The notes beneath the pieces were generated by a model. It was given only the letters and a program-made list of their open reading frames with translations. It was not told the DNA's origin and made no database searches. Source: an uncultured Gemmatimonadales bacterium (GTDB taxonomy: Bacteria; Gemmatimonadota; Gemmatimonadetes; Longimicrobiales; RSA9). From it: a DNA stretch of 64,000 bases. This document shows positions 1 through 9,100 of the stretch, one piece after another. A program made the translations under genes and the position numbers. Location of the stretch: the NCBI GenBank assembly GCA_963786235.1, contig CAWAYJ010000020.1, forward strand, positions 35,804 to 99,803, in the 5' to 3' direction. Every line of letters begins with the position of its first letter. Positions within the stretch are counted from its first letter, which is position 1.

Positions 1-212
1 ACGATGAACTCGTCGCAGCCGCGCTGCCGGGCGCGGCGGCGGAGCCGGCGTTCTTCGAAAGCGCGGCCGCCGAGGAGCTGCTGCTCGAGCGGGAGGATGC
101 GCTGGCGCGCATGCGGCGGTCAGGCGTGTCCGTGCTCGATGTATCGCCACGCGTCATGAGCGCGGCTGTCGTGAACCGCTACCTCGCCATCAAGGCTCGC
201 TCGTCCCTGTAG
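1..212 (+). CDS. DUF58-family protein, C-terminal fragment (5' truncated by window)
   Basis: Frame from nt 3 reads ...AAAEELLLEREDALARMRRSGVSVLDVSPRVMSAAVVNRYLAIKARSSL* (TAG 210-212), a typical C-terminus of DUF58 proteins found with RDD/SpoIIM/MoxR genes. Confidence 0.7.
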   Translation, partial: DELVAAALPGAAAEPAFFESAAAEELLLEREDALARMRRSGVSVLDVSPRVMSAAVVNRYLAIKARSSL

Positions 213-2130
213 CCGGCTCCGTGTCACCGTCGGTCGCAGGCAGGTTCCGGCCCAGCGAGACGTACAGAGCGAGGAGCAGCACGCAGGTCACGGCCACGCC
301 GACCTTGAATCCGGAACCGAGGTCCGCGCGCGGCGAGATGAGTCCTTCGATGGCGCCGGCGAACAGCAGCAGCATCGTCGCGCCGGCCAGCAGTCGCAGC
401 GAGCGACGCCCCTCCAGCACCAGCGCTTCGCGTCGGGTCCGTGCGCCGGGCAGCAGTATCGCCCCGGCGATGATGAAGCCGGCGCCGGCCGCGATGCAGA
501 TCGCGCTCAGCTCGAACACGCTGTGCGCGACGACGAAGTCGAGGATCAGCCGCGCGATTCCCTTGCTCTGGAACAGGCCGATGGCGGATCCGATGCCGAT
601 CCCGTTCATGAGCAGGATCCACACCGTCAGCACGCCCGCCGTCAGGCCCGAGGCGAAGGCGAAGAATGTGACCTGCACGTTGTTCCGGATCACGGTGCTC
701 GCGACGATCGGGCGAGTGTAGTCCTCCACGTCAATGTAGCGGGCGTCGCCGGACCGCGCCCGTGCGGCGTCCACCTCGGCCCGGTCGATCATGCCCGCCG
801 GCAGCAGCTCCTGCACCAGCTCCGGGTCGCGCACCACGCTGATCCAGGATGCGGCCGCCGAGCCGAAGAAGAGGAAGGCCGCGCCCAGGATCGGGAGCGC
901 CGATCGGCGCAGCTCGCCCGGGATCGCAACGAACAGGAAATGCCGGATCGCGCGCGGCGCCGCCCGATCGCGACGGTACAGCAGATTGTGCCCCGCCGCC
1001 ACCAGTCGGCTCAGGCGGAACCGCGCATCGATCTCGCGATCCCGCGCCGCCGTCGACAGCCGCGCCAGGTCCGTCGCGATCTCCCGGTACGCGCCCACGA
1101 ACTCCGCGACTTCGTCCCCCGACATGTGGCCCAGACCCCGGCGTCGCGCTTCCTCCACCGTGCTCGCGAACCGGCTCCACCGCGCCTCGCCTTCCGCGAT
1201 CAGCGCGTACCGCTCCCGCGCCGCACCCGTCACGCCGCGAGCGCTCACTCCGCTGCCGCGTGCGCCAAGCTCCGCGTCGCGCAGCGCTCGTAGTCCCGTC
1301 AACAGGTCGCCCGTCGGCGGCAGATGCGCACGGAATCGCACCGCGAACTGGTCCGACAGCGCATCCCGATGAGCCGCGTCCAGCCCGCCCACACGCTCCA
1401 GGAACCGGTCGAGCAGCTCCAGCTCCTCGTCCGTGAGCGTCGTCGTGAGACTGGCTCCGCGTCCACCCTCCGCTGTCAGCGGCTCCACCGGCACGCGGAG
1501 CAGGCGCTCCCGAACCACCAGCGTCCCCGCAAGGTGGTCGCCGAGCCGCTTGCCCGTCTTCGACACCGCCACCGCCACCAGTCCGACGATGTACAGGAGG
1601 ATCGGTTGCTGGTCGAGCACGCGCGCAACGTTCCGCGCCGCCGACGACGCGAACGTGATCGAGTAGCCGCCATCCCGCACCACGCGCAGACCGAGCCAGC
1701 GTTTGCCCGGTGTCTGCCCATCCGCGAACGCCTCGAACAGCACGTAGTAGCCCCACTGCTCCACGAACAGCAGCAGCAGCAGCACGGCCGCTGCCCAACC
1801 ACCCGCCCGCCGGATCAGCATCGATGCGTTCGACACGTGCAGATACGACGGAAGCAGGAACAGGTAGACCGCCACCAGCAGGAGCGAGACTCCGATGATC
1901 ACGCCGTAGTCCACCAGGGCCGCCGCCGCCCGCGAGCCGATCCCCGCGACCGTGTACGTGAAGACCACCTGTTCCGGTGTCTCGACGTCCACGACCTGGT
2001 CGAGGCCGCGCGTCACGCGCGTCTGCGTCGCGAACGTCGCCCGAGTTGTTTCCAGTACCGACTCCCGGTCACGGTGCCTGCTCCCGCCAATATCGGCCCT
2101 CGCGGCCCGCGCGGCCACGAACCCGCTCAT
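190..2130 (-). CDS. RDD-domain / stage II sporulation protein M (SpoIIM, DUF95) fusion membrane protein
   Basis: N-half has RDD motifs (AGIGSRAAAALVD, GQTPGKRWLGLRVV, KRLGDHLAGTLVV); C-half has SpoIIM motifs (NNVQVTF, NG..IG, HSVFELSAI, AGAIEGLISP). Confidence 0.85.
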   Translation of the reverse strand: MSGFVAARAARADIGGSRHRDRESVLETTRATFATQTRVTRGLDQVVDVETPEQVVFTYTVAGIGSRAAAALVDYGVIIGVSLLLVAVYLFLLPSYLHVSNASMLIRRAGGWAAAVLLLLLFVEQWGYYVLFEAFADGQTPGKRWLGLRVVRDGGYSITFASSAARNVARVLDQQPILLYIVGLVAVAVSKTGKRLGDHLAGTLVVRERLLRVPVEPLTAEGGRGASLTTTLTDEELELLDRFLERVGGLDAAHRDALSDQFAVRFRAHLPPTGDLLTGLRALRDAELGARGSGVSARGVTGAARERYALIAEGEARWSRFASTVEEARRRGLGHMSGDEVAEFVGAYREIATDLARLSTAARDREIDARFRLSRLVAAGHNLLYRRDRAAPRAIRHFLFVAIPGELRRSALPILGAAFLFFGSAAASWISVVRDPELVQELLPAGMIDRAEVDAARARSGDARYIDVEDYTRPIVASTVIRNNVQVTFFAFASGLTAGVLTVWILLMNGIGIGSAIGLFQSKGIARLILDFVVAHSVFELSAICIAAGAGFIIAGAILLPGARTRREALVLEGRRSLRLLAGATMLLLFAGAIEGLISPRADLGSGFKVGVAVTCVLLLALYVSLGRNLPATDGDTEPATGTSEP

Positions 2131-2135
2131 TCCCC

Positions 2136-2190
2136 TTGACCCGCCTCCGTTCGTGGATTAGGGTACGGTTCGTACAGGTACGGTTCGTAC
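2136..2190 (+). promoter_or_regulatory. sigma70-like promoter overlapped by tandem operator-like repeats
   Basis: TTGACC (2136-2141)-17 bp-TAGGGT (2159-2164); GGTACGGTTCGTAC occurs twice (2162-2175, 2177-2190). Confidence 0.65.
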
Positions 2191-2208
2191 TTAAACGGAG
2201 TCGCGTTC

Positions 2209-2571
2209 ATGGGCCGGGACAACGATGTCGAGGCATGGCTGCCGCTGAAGCCGGTGGTCTTCCACATCCTGCTGGCGCTCGCGGAGGGGGATTCCCACGG
2301 GTACGGCGTGATCCGGTCGGTGCGGGAGAGGTCGGAGGGGCGGATCCACCTGGAGACGGGTCCGTTCTACCGGCATTTGCGGAAACTGCTGGATGATGGG
2401 CTGGTTGCGGAGTCGGAAACGCGGCCGGAGGACGATGATCCGCGCCGGGGCGCGTACTACCATCTGACGGTTTCGGGGCGGGCGGTTCTGTCAGCGGAGA
2501 GTCGTCGGTTGGCAGGTCTGGTGCGGGCGACGCGGACGTTGGGTCTGCTTCCGGATCGGCGGGTCCCGTGA
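2209..2571 (+). CDS. PadR-family transcriptional regulator
   Basis: FHILLALAEGDSHGYGV, GPFYRHLRKL, RRGAYYHLTVSGR winged-helix motifs. Confidence 0.9.
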   Translation: MGRDNDVEAWLPLKPVVFHILLALAEGDSHGYGVIRSVRERSEGRIHLETGPFYRHLRKLLDDGLVAESETRPEDDDPRRGAYYHLTVSGRAVLSAESRRLAGLVRATRTLGLLPDRRVP

Positions 2572-5363
2572 GCGGGGCGACTCCGGGGCGGCGGAGCTGG
2601 ACGGGACGTGTTCTGCGGTGGTTGTCTAGGGCCTACCCGGAGTCCTTCCGAGCGCGTTTCGGGGAAGGCATCGTGTACGCGCTGGAGCGGGATCTCGAAG
2701 CGTCGCGCGGGCGCGGTCGTCTGGCGGTATCGGGGTTCTGGGTTCGCACGCTGTTCGGCACGTTGCGCCATGGGCTGGCGGAGCGCTGGGGAGTGAGTGG
2801 CGGCGAACCCGGTCGCGGTGGGGTGGCGCGTCGCGCCGGTGCGCTGGTGGACGGGATCGTGAGGGAAGTGAGGCAGGCGGTGCGGCGGCTGTCGCGCCGG
2901 CCGGGCTTCACGGCCACGGTGGTAGCGACGCTCGCGCTCGGGATCGGCGGCACGACGGCGCTGTTCAGCGTGATCGACCGCGTGGTCCTGCGACCGCTAC
3001 CGTACGGGGATGCGGGGCGACTGGTGCTGGTGAGTCACGAATCGCCGACGGACCGGCTGGGGATGACGGACGGTGGCTATCTGGAGTACGTCGCGCGCTC
3101 GAAGACGTTGTCGGAGATGGGGCTCTACATTGAGATGTCGTCGCCGGTGGCTGGAACGGGAGCGCCGCTGGAGCCGGGCATTATCATGGCGTCGCCGTCA
3201 CTGTTGCCGCTGCTGCGTGTGTCGCCGGTGCTGGGTCGCGGCTTCACGGAGGAAGACACGGACCCGGACGCGGATCCGGTGGCGATCGTGACGTACGGCT
3301 ACTGGACGCGCCAGCTCGGGGCGGATCCCGATGTGCTCGGAAAACCGGTGGTGCCCGGCTCGACCCGCCTGGTGGTGGGCGTGCTTCCGCGAGGGTTCGA
3401 GTTCCTGCGTCCGGAGGCGACGGTCGTCTTCGGCAACCGCTTCGCTGGGCCGGACTACTTCATCCCGCTCGAGCGGCTGGACCCGTCGGCAGCGCGGTTC
3501 GGCAACTTCATGTACCAGAGCCTGGCCCGGCTCGCGCCGGGAGCGACGACCGCCGATGCGCAGCGCGAGCTCGAGTCGCTGATGCACGACGCGGCGGTGG
3601 ACTATCCCGGCGGCTTCACGGTCACGAGCCTCGAAGAAGGTGGCTATCACCCGGTGGTCGAGCGACTGTCGGACGCGCTGGTGGGCGACGTCGCACACGT
3701 GCTCTGGATCCTGATGGGCGCGGTCGGGTTCGTCCTGCTCATCGCGACGGCAAACGTGGCGAACCTGTTCCTCGTCCGGGCCGAATCGCGGAGCCGGGAA
3801 CTGGCGGTCCGGCGGGCGCTGGGCGCGAGCGCTCCGTCGATCGCCGCGGCGTTCCTGTCGGAGAGCCTGCTTCTGGCCGGTCTCGGTGGCGCACTCGGCC
3901 TCGCGCTGGCGAGGGCCGGAACGGTCTGGCTGATTCGCCTGATCCCGGGTGATGTGCCCCGGCTGGATCAGGTCGGCCTCGATGCCCGGGTGCTCGGTTT
4001 CGCCTTTGCCGTGTCGCTACTCACGGGTCTCGCGTTCGGCGTTGCTCCTCTCGTGCGTGCGCGCCGGACGGAGCCGCGTCCGGACCCGGGCGACGAGTCC
4101 CGGGGCGGGACCGCGCCGGTGAGCCGGCTCCGGACCCGGAGCGCGCTCGTCGTGGTGCAGGTCGCGTTCGCGCTTGTGCTGCTGGTCGGCTCCGGGCTGC
4201 TGCTCCGCACATTCGTGAACCTGCGCGATGTCGATCCCGGATTCGATCCCGCGCACGTGCTGACGCTCCGTCTTTCGCTTTCCCGGTCGATCCTGGCGGA
4301 AGCCGGTCACACGGAAGAACACGGCGACGCCGCCCGTAGCGCCTTCATGCAGGATATCGTGGACCGGCTCGCTGCCGTTCCCGGCGTGGAGCGCGCGGCG
4401 TACAGCGCGGACCTGCCGCTGGACGGCGACGAATGGCACGACTACGTGGCGACCGAAGGTGCCTTCCCGCGGGACCTGGCGTCGGCGATCAAGGCCGCGC
4501 GCGTCTTCATCGGGCCGGGATACCTCGAGGCGATCGGAGCGCGGCTCGCGCGCGGCCGCGAGTTCGAGCGAGTCGATTTCGCTGACCAGCCGCGCGTCGC
4601 GGTCGTCAACGAGTCGTTCGCCGCCGAGCGCTGGCCGGGCCGGGATCCGATCGGCCGCCGCATCGCGCAATACTCGCCCGGCGTCGACCCGTCGGCAGAC
4701 ATCTGGTACACGGTCGTCGGCGTCGTCCGCGACGTCCGGGAGACGAGCCTGATGCAGCCGGCCGAGCCGACCGTGTACCTGCCCACCGTGTTTCTGCCGG
4801 AAGGCAACTTCGCCATGTTCGTCTCCAACATGGTGGCCGTGATCCGCACGGCCGGCGATCCCGCGGCCCTGCTGCCGTCGATCCGGAGCGCGATCCTCGG
4901 CCTGCGGTCCGACGTCCCGATCAACGATGTCGAAACCCTGCGTCATCTGACCGCCCGTTCGTTCCAGGACGTAACGCTCGCCATGACGCTGCTGCTCATC
5001 GCCGCTTCCGTCTCGCTCGTCCTCGGACTCATCGGCGTCTACGGCACCGTCTCGTACGTCGTGAGCCGGCGAACGCGGGAGTTCGGGCTGCGTATCGCGC
5101 TGGGCGCGTCCGCGCGCGACTTGTGGAGCGGCGTGCTGCGCCAGGGCGCCGTCCTCGGCATCCTCGGCGTCGGCGCCGGCATTGCCATCGCGCTCGCCGG
5201 CGGCCGCCTCCTCCGCTCCATGCTCTTCGGCGTCACCGCCGGACAGCCCGGCATTTACGCCGCCGTCGCCGTCGCCCTGCTGTTGGTGGTGCTCATCGCG
5301 TCGCTCATCCCCGCGCTTCGCGCCGCCGCCGTCGATCCGGTCCGCGCCATCCGCACCGAGTGA
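2568..5363 (+). CDS. ADOP-type duplicated ABC permease (MacB/FtsX domains)
   Basis: PGFT..VVATLALGIG.TTALFSV, LLIATANVANLFL.R, RELAVRRALGA, RTREFGLRIALGA, PALRAAAVDP; GTGA overlap with padR. Confidence 0.9.
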   Translation: MSGATPGRRSWTGRVLRWLSRAYPESFRARFGEGIVYALERDLEASRGRGRLAVSGFWVRTLFGTLRHGLAERWGVSGGEPGRGGVARRAGALVDGIVREVRQAVRRLSRRPGFTATVVATLALGIGGTTALFSVIDRVVLRPLPYGDAGRLVLVSHESPTDRLGMTDGGYLEYVARSKTLSEMGLYIEMSSPVAGTGAPLEPGIIMASPSLLPLLRVSPVLGRGFTEEDTDPDADPVAIVTYGYWTRQLGADPDVLGKPVVPGSTRLVVGVLPRGFEFLRPEATVVFGNRFAGPDYFIPLERLDPSAARFGNFMYQSLARLAPGATTADAQRELESLMHDAAVDYPGGFTVTSLEEGGYHPVVERLSDALVGDVAHVLWILMGAVGFVLLIATANVANLFLVRAESRSRELAVRRALGASAPSIAAAFLSESLLLAGLGGALGLALARAGTVWLIRLIPGDVPRLDQVGLDARVLGFAFAVSLLTGLAFGVAPLVRARRTEPRPDPGDESRGGTAPVSRLRTRSALVVVQVAFALVLLVGSGLLLRTFVNLRDVDPGFDPAHVLTLRLSLSRSILAEAGHTEEHGDAARSAFMQDIVDRLAAVPGVERAAYSADLPLDGDEWHDYVATEGAFPRDLASAIKAARVFIGPGYLEAIGARLARGREFERVDFADQPRVAVVNESFAAERWPGRDPIGRRIAQYSPGVDPSADIWYTVVGVVRDVRETSLMQPAEPTVYLPTVFLPEGNFAMFVSNMVAVIRTAGDPAALLPSIRSAILGLRSDVPINDVETLRHLTARSFQDVTLAMTLLLIAASVSLVLGLIGVYGTVSYVVSRRTREFGLRIALGASARDLWSGVLRQGAVLGILGVGAGIAIALAGGRLLRSMLFGVTAGQPGIYAAVAVALLLVVLIASLIPALRAAAVDPVRAIRTE

Positions 5364-5413
5364 TCGCGCGAAGAGCGGGTACTCCCTCCGGCACCCGGTC
5401 CCTTCGAGCGATC

Positions 5414-5442
5414 TTGTCGCTCGCCCTCCTCCCGCGTACCAT
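5414..5442 (+). promoter_or_regulatory. putative sigma70-like promoter of the aldo/keto reductase
   Basis: TTGTCG-17 bp-TACCAT. Confidence 0.4.
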
Positions 5443-5477
5443 GAGCCGCTGATCCTTCTCGTGCGGTGGGAGCCATC

Positions 5478-6470
5478 ATGAAGTACGTGCAACTCGGAAG
5501 CAGCGGTCTCAGGGTTTCCCGGATCTGCCTCGGCTGCATGACCTACGGCACGTCGAAATGGCGACCGTGGGTACTCGACGAGGTCGATGCCCATCCGTTC
5601 TACCGGCAGGCTGTCGACGCCGGCATCAACTTCTTCGACACGGCCGACATGTACTCGCTCGGCGTCAGCGAGGAAGTGACCGGTCGTGCGCTCCGCGAGT
5701 TCACGAACCGCGAGGAGACCGTGCTCGCGACCAAGGTCCACTTTCCCATGAGCAAAGCGCCCAACATGGGCGGCCTCTCGCGCAAGCACATCGTCCAGGC
5801 CTGCGACGCGAGCCTGCGGCGCCTCGGCATTGAGTACATCGACCTCTACCAGATCCACCGCTTCGATCCCGCCGTAGCCATCGACGAGACGCTCGCGGCG
5901 CTCGACCATCTCGTGCGCCAGGGCAAGGTCCTGCACATCGGCGCCAGCTCGGGCTCCGCATGGAGAATGGCGCAGGCTCTCTCGACGTCCGAGCGGAACG
6001 GCTGGGCCCGGTTCATCTCCATGCAGAACCACTACAACCTGATCTATCGCGAGGAAGAGCGAGAGATGGTGCCGCTCTGCCTGCACGAAGGCATCGGCAT
6101 GATCCCGTGGAGTCCGCTCGGCCGCGGGCTGCTGGCCCGGCCGCGCCCGGCCGACAGCCGCATCCCGAGCGCCGGCACTGCCCGCGCCCAGAGCGACGAC
6201 TACTCGCACAAACTGTACGATGCGTCGAGCGACTGGGATGTCGTCGACGCGGTCGAGCGTATCGCGAAAGCGCGCGGCGTAACCATGGCCGAGATCGCGC
6301 TGGCCTGGCTGCTCGCCCGCCCCGGTGTCGCGGCCCCGATCGTCGGCGCGTCGAAGACCGGCCACCTCGACGCCGCCATTCGCGCGGTCGACATCGAGCT
6401 GTCCGCCGATGAGTGCGCGGCGCTCGAGGCGCCGTACGCGACGCACGACGTGCGCGGCTTCAGGTCCTGA
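5478..6470 (+). CDS. aldo/keto reductase (YajO-like)
   Basis: LGSSGLRVSRICLGCM, GINFFDTADMYS, ATKV, IDLYQIHR, QNHYNL, PWSPLGRG. Confidence 0.93.
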   Translation: MKYVQLGSSGLRVSRICLGCMTYGTSKWRPWVLDEVDAHPFYRQAVDAGINFFDTADMYSLGVSEEVTGRALREFTNREETVLATKVHFPMSKAPNMGGLSRKHIVQACDASLRRLGIEYIDLYQIHRFDPAVAIDETLAALDHLVRQGKVLHIGASSGSAWRMAQALSTSERNGWARFISMQNHYNLIYREEEREMVPLCLHEGIGMIPWSPLGRGLLARPRPADSRIPSAGTARAQSDDYSHKLYDASSDWDVVDAVERIAKARGVTMAEIALAWLLARPGVAAPIVGASKTGHLDAAIRAVDIELSADECAALEAPYATHDVRGFRS

Positions 6471-6699
6471 CGCGATTTCACCGCGGCGCGACGGGCGGGA
6501 ACCCCGCGCCCGCCTCGTGACACCGTGCGGGCGACCGCGCCGCGGGCTTCCGGTTGCTGCGCGAGAACGATCTTCCCGCATCGTCTCCGGCCGACGCGCG
6601 GACCTCATCGTAGCGACCCCGAGTCCGCGTGACACGCTCGGAACCTCAAGCCGCGATCGCGTCTCCAATTCTCACCCTGATCGGAGGTATGGAACGTTG

Positions 6700-8070
6700 A
6701 TGGTGAAGCAATGGCTGGGAATGCTGCTCCTTGCGAGCGCCGCGCTTCCGCGCCCGGCCACGGCCCAACAGGAGCTGTCGCTTGCCGAGGCGCTGCGCCG
6801 GGCCGATGCGGAGGCGTACGCCAACCGCATCGCGGACGGCAACGCGGCGGCGAGCGCGGCCGGCAGCATGGCCGCGTTGCGCGGCGTGCTGCCCACCCTG
6901 CGCGTCGAGAGTGGCTGGGCCCGGACAACGGATCCGATCGGCGCGTTCGGGACGACGCTCCGCCAGCGGAGCATCACCCAGGCCGACTTCGATCCCGCTC
7001 GCCTGAACTTCCCGTCGCCCGTGAGCAACTACGCGAGCGCACTGGTCCTCGAGCAGCCGATCATCAACCTCGATGCGCACCTCGGCCGTGCGGCCGCATC
7101 ACGCGCCGCCGACGCCGCCAGTGCGTCGGCGGATTGGACCCGTGCTTCCACCCGGCTCGATGTGGTGAGGGCGTACTTTGGCGCCGTGCTCGCCGCCGAG
7201 CGTGTCGCCACGCTGGAAGCCGCATCCCGCGCGGCCGCCGCTCACGTCCGCCAGGCCGAGGCCATGGTCGAGTCCGGCATGGTCACGCGTTCCGATGTAC
7301 TGCTTGCGCGGGTGAAGGCCGGCCAGATCGAGACGCAGCTCGCATCCGCGAGCGGTGACGCCATTCTCGCGCGCCGCCAACTCGCGTTGTTGCTCGGTGC
7401 GCCCGGCGACACTTCACTCGCCGTTCCCGAGCAGCTTCCGGACACGGCCGCGGTGCGCGCCGCTCTGGCCGCTGAGCTCGATGCCGCGCCGGCGCCGCGC
7501 GGTGACGTTCGTGCGGCCCGCTTCGGTCTCGCGGCCGCTCGCTCCGACCTCGCGCGCGCACGCTCGCTATACCTCCCGCGCATCAACGCGTTCGCCCGCC
7601 TCGACTGGTACTCGGCCAGCGCGCCGTTCGCCGGCCGCGACAACTGGACGGCGGGCGTCATGGCGACGTGGACACCCTTCGCCGGCGCCTCGCAGATCGC
7701 TGAGATGCGCGCGGCGGCGGGCAGGAAGGAAGCGGCGGAGGCGGGCGCCGATGCGGCGGAAGCGCAGGCGCGGCTCGAAGTGGAACGGTCCGACATCGAG
7801 CGGCGTGTCGCGCTGGCGCGTCTCGACATCGCGCGCGACGCCGTGGTGCAGAGCGCGGAAGCGCACCGCATCGTCGCACAGAAGTACGATGGTGGACTCG
7901 CGACGGTGGTCGAGCTGCTCGACGCCGCCGCCGTGGAAACGAGCAGCGGGCTCGGCCTCTCGTTCGCCGTCTACGAAGCGATCGTTGCCGAAGCGGAGCG
8001 CCGTCAGGCGCGCGGACTCGATGTCGGCGCCCTCGGCACGCTGGAAACCGAACGGACGATGAATCGATGA
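6700..8070 (+). CDS. TolC-family outer membrane efflux protein
   Basis: Signal peptide, LSLAEAL, helical OEP repeats, first gene of an MFP/RND operon; GGAGG at 6683. Confidence 0.85.
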   Translation: MVKQWLGMLLLASAALPRPATAQQELSLAEALRRADAEAYANRIADGNAAASAAGSMAALRGVLPTLRVESGWARTTDPIGAFGTTLRQRSITQADFDPARLNFPSPVSNYASALVLEQPIINLDAHLGRAAASRAADAASASADWTRASTRLDVVRAYFGAVLAAERVATLEAASRAAAAHVRQAEAMVESGMVTRSDVLLARVKAGQIETQLASASGDAILARRQLALLLGAPGDTSLAVPEQLPDTAAVRAALAAELDAAPAPRGDVRAARFGLAAARSDLARARSLYLPRINAFARLDWYSASAPFAGRDNWTAGVMATWTPFAGASQIAEMRAAAGRKEAAEAGADAAEAQARLEVERSDIERRVALARLDIARDAVVQSAEAHRIVAQKYDGGLATVVELLDAAAVETSSGLGLSFAVYEAIVAEAERRQARGLDVGALGTLETERTMNR

Positions 8071-9098
8071 CGAGAAGTGGAATCGGAGTCTTGCTGCTCC
8101 TGGGCATCACCGCCGCAGCCTGCGGGTCGGCGGAACCGGCGACGACCGGTGAGCCGGCCAGCGAGGCGGAGGGTCCGGCCTTCGAGGTCGCCGTGGCGTC
8201 CCGGCCCTCGATCCTCGAGGCGAGTGGAACCGCGGGCCCCTGGGCCGAGGCCACGCTCAGCACCAAGCTGATGGGCACCGTGACGGAGGTCGCGGTTCGC
8301 GAGGGCGATCACGTCCGGCGCGGCCAGCCGCTGGTCCGTATCGACAGCCGGGACCTCGAGGCGAAGGCCGCCCAGGTCGCGGCATCCGTCGCCGACGCCG
8401 AGGCCAATCACCAGCTCGCGCTTACCCACGCGGGCCGCATTCGCGACCTCTATGCGAAGGAAGCCGCGCCCAAGGCCATGCTCGACGCCGCGGAAGCCGC
8501 GCTCGCCTCCGCGGAATCGCACGTCAATGCCGCACGCGCTGCCGCCGACGAGTTGGCTGCGACACGCGAGTACGCGGTCGTGCGCGCGCCGTTCGACGGC
8601 GTCGTCACCTCGCGCATGGTCGATCCCGGTGCCTTCGCCGCACCGGGCGCGCCGCTCGTGACCGTGCAGGACTTCTCCCGGCTCCGGCTCTCCGTGAGCG
8701 TCGCGCCCGCCGCAGTCCGAGGCCTCGCTCGCGGCGACACCATCGGCGCATCCGTTGAGGGTGTGACGACAATGGCTCGCGTCGAAGGCATCGTTCCCGC
8801 GCCGGGCGGCAACGTCTATACCGTGAACGCCACACTCGACAACGGCGAGGGCCGCTTCCTCGCGGGAAGCGCGGCCACTCTCTCGCTGCCCCAGGGCGAA
8901 CATTCGTCCATTCTGGTGCCCGCGTCCGCGGTCGTGCGGCGGGGCGACCTGACCGGCGTTCGCGTCCTCACCGGCGGCGGCTCCGAGCTGCGCTGGGTGC
9001 GCGTCGTCGATTTTTCGGCCGACTCCGTGGAAGTGCTCTCGGGCCTCCGCGCCGGTGAGCGCATCGCGGTCACCGCTCCCGCAACAGAGGCCAGGTAG
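8067..9098 (+). CDS. RND efflux periplasmic adaptor (MFP), lipoprotein
   Basis: Lipobox-like AAAC, V.VREGD.V.RGQPL, VRAPFDGVV, VEVLSGL..GE. Confidence 0.9.
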   Translation: MTRSGIGVLLLLGITAAACGSAEPATTGEPASEAEGPAFEVAVASRPSILEASGTAGPWAEATLSTKLMGTVTEVAVREGDHVRRGQPLVRIDSRDLEAKAAQVAASVADAEANHQLALTHAGRIRDLYAKEAAPKAMLDAAEAALASAESHVNAARAAADELAATREYAVVRAPFDGVVTSRMVDPGAFAAPGAPLVTVQDFSRLRLSVSVAPAAVRGLARGDTIGASVEGVTTMARVEGIVPAPGGNVYTVNATLDNGEGRFLAGSAATLSLPQGEHSSILVPASAVVRRGDLTGVRVLTGGGSELRWVRVVDFSADSVEVLSGLRAGERIAVTAPATEAR

Positions 9099-9100
9099 AC

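Noticed and set aside
190-2130. SpoIIM name as evidence of sporulation
   Set aside because: The DUF95/SpoIIM family is widespread in non-sporulating bacteria and no sporulation genes are present
2568-5363. Apparent switch from G-rich to C-rich synonymous positions along this and other genes
   Set aside because: Judged by eye only; needs a sliding-window skew calculation before it can be claimed
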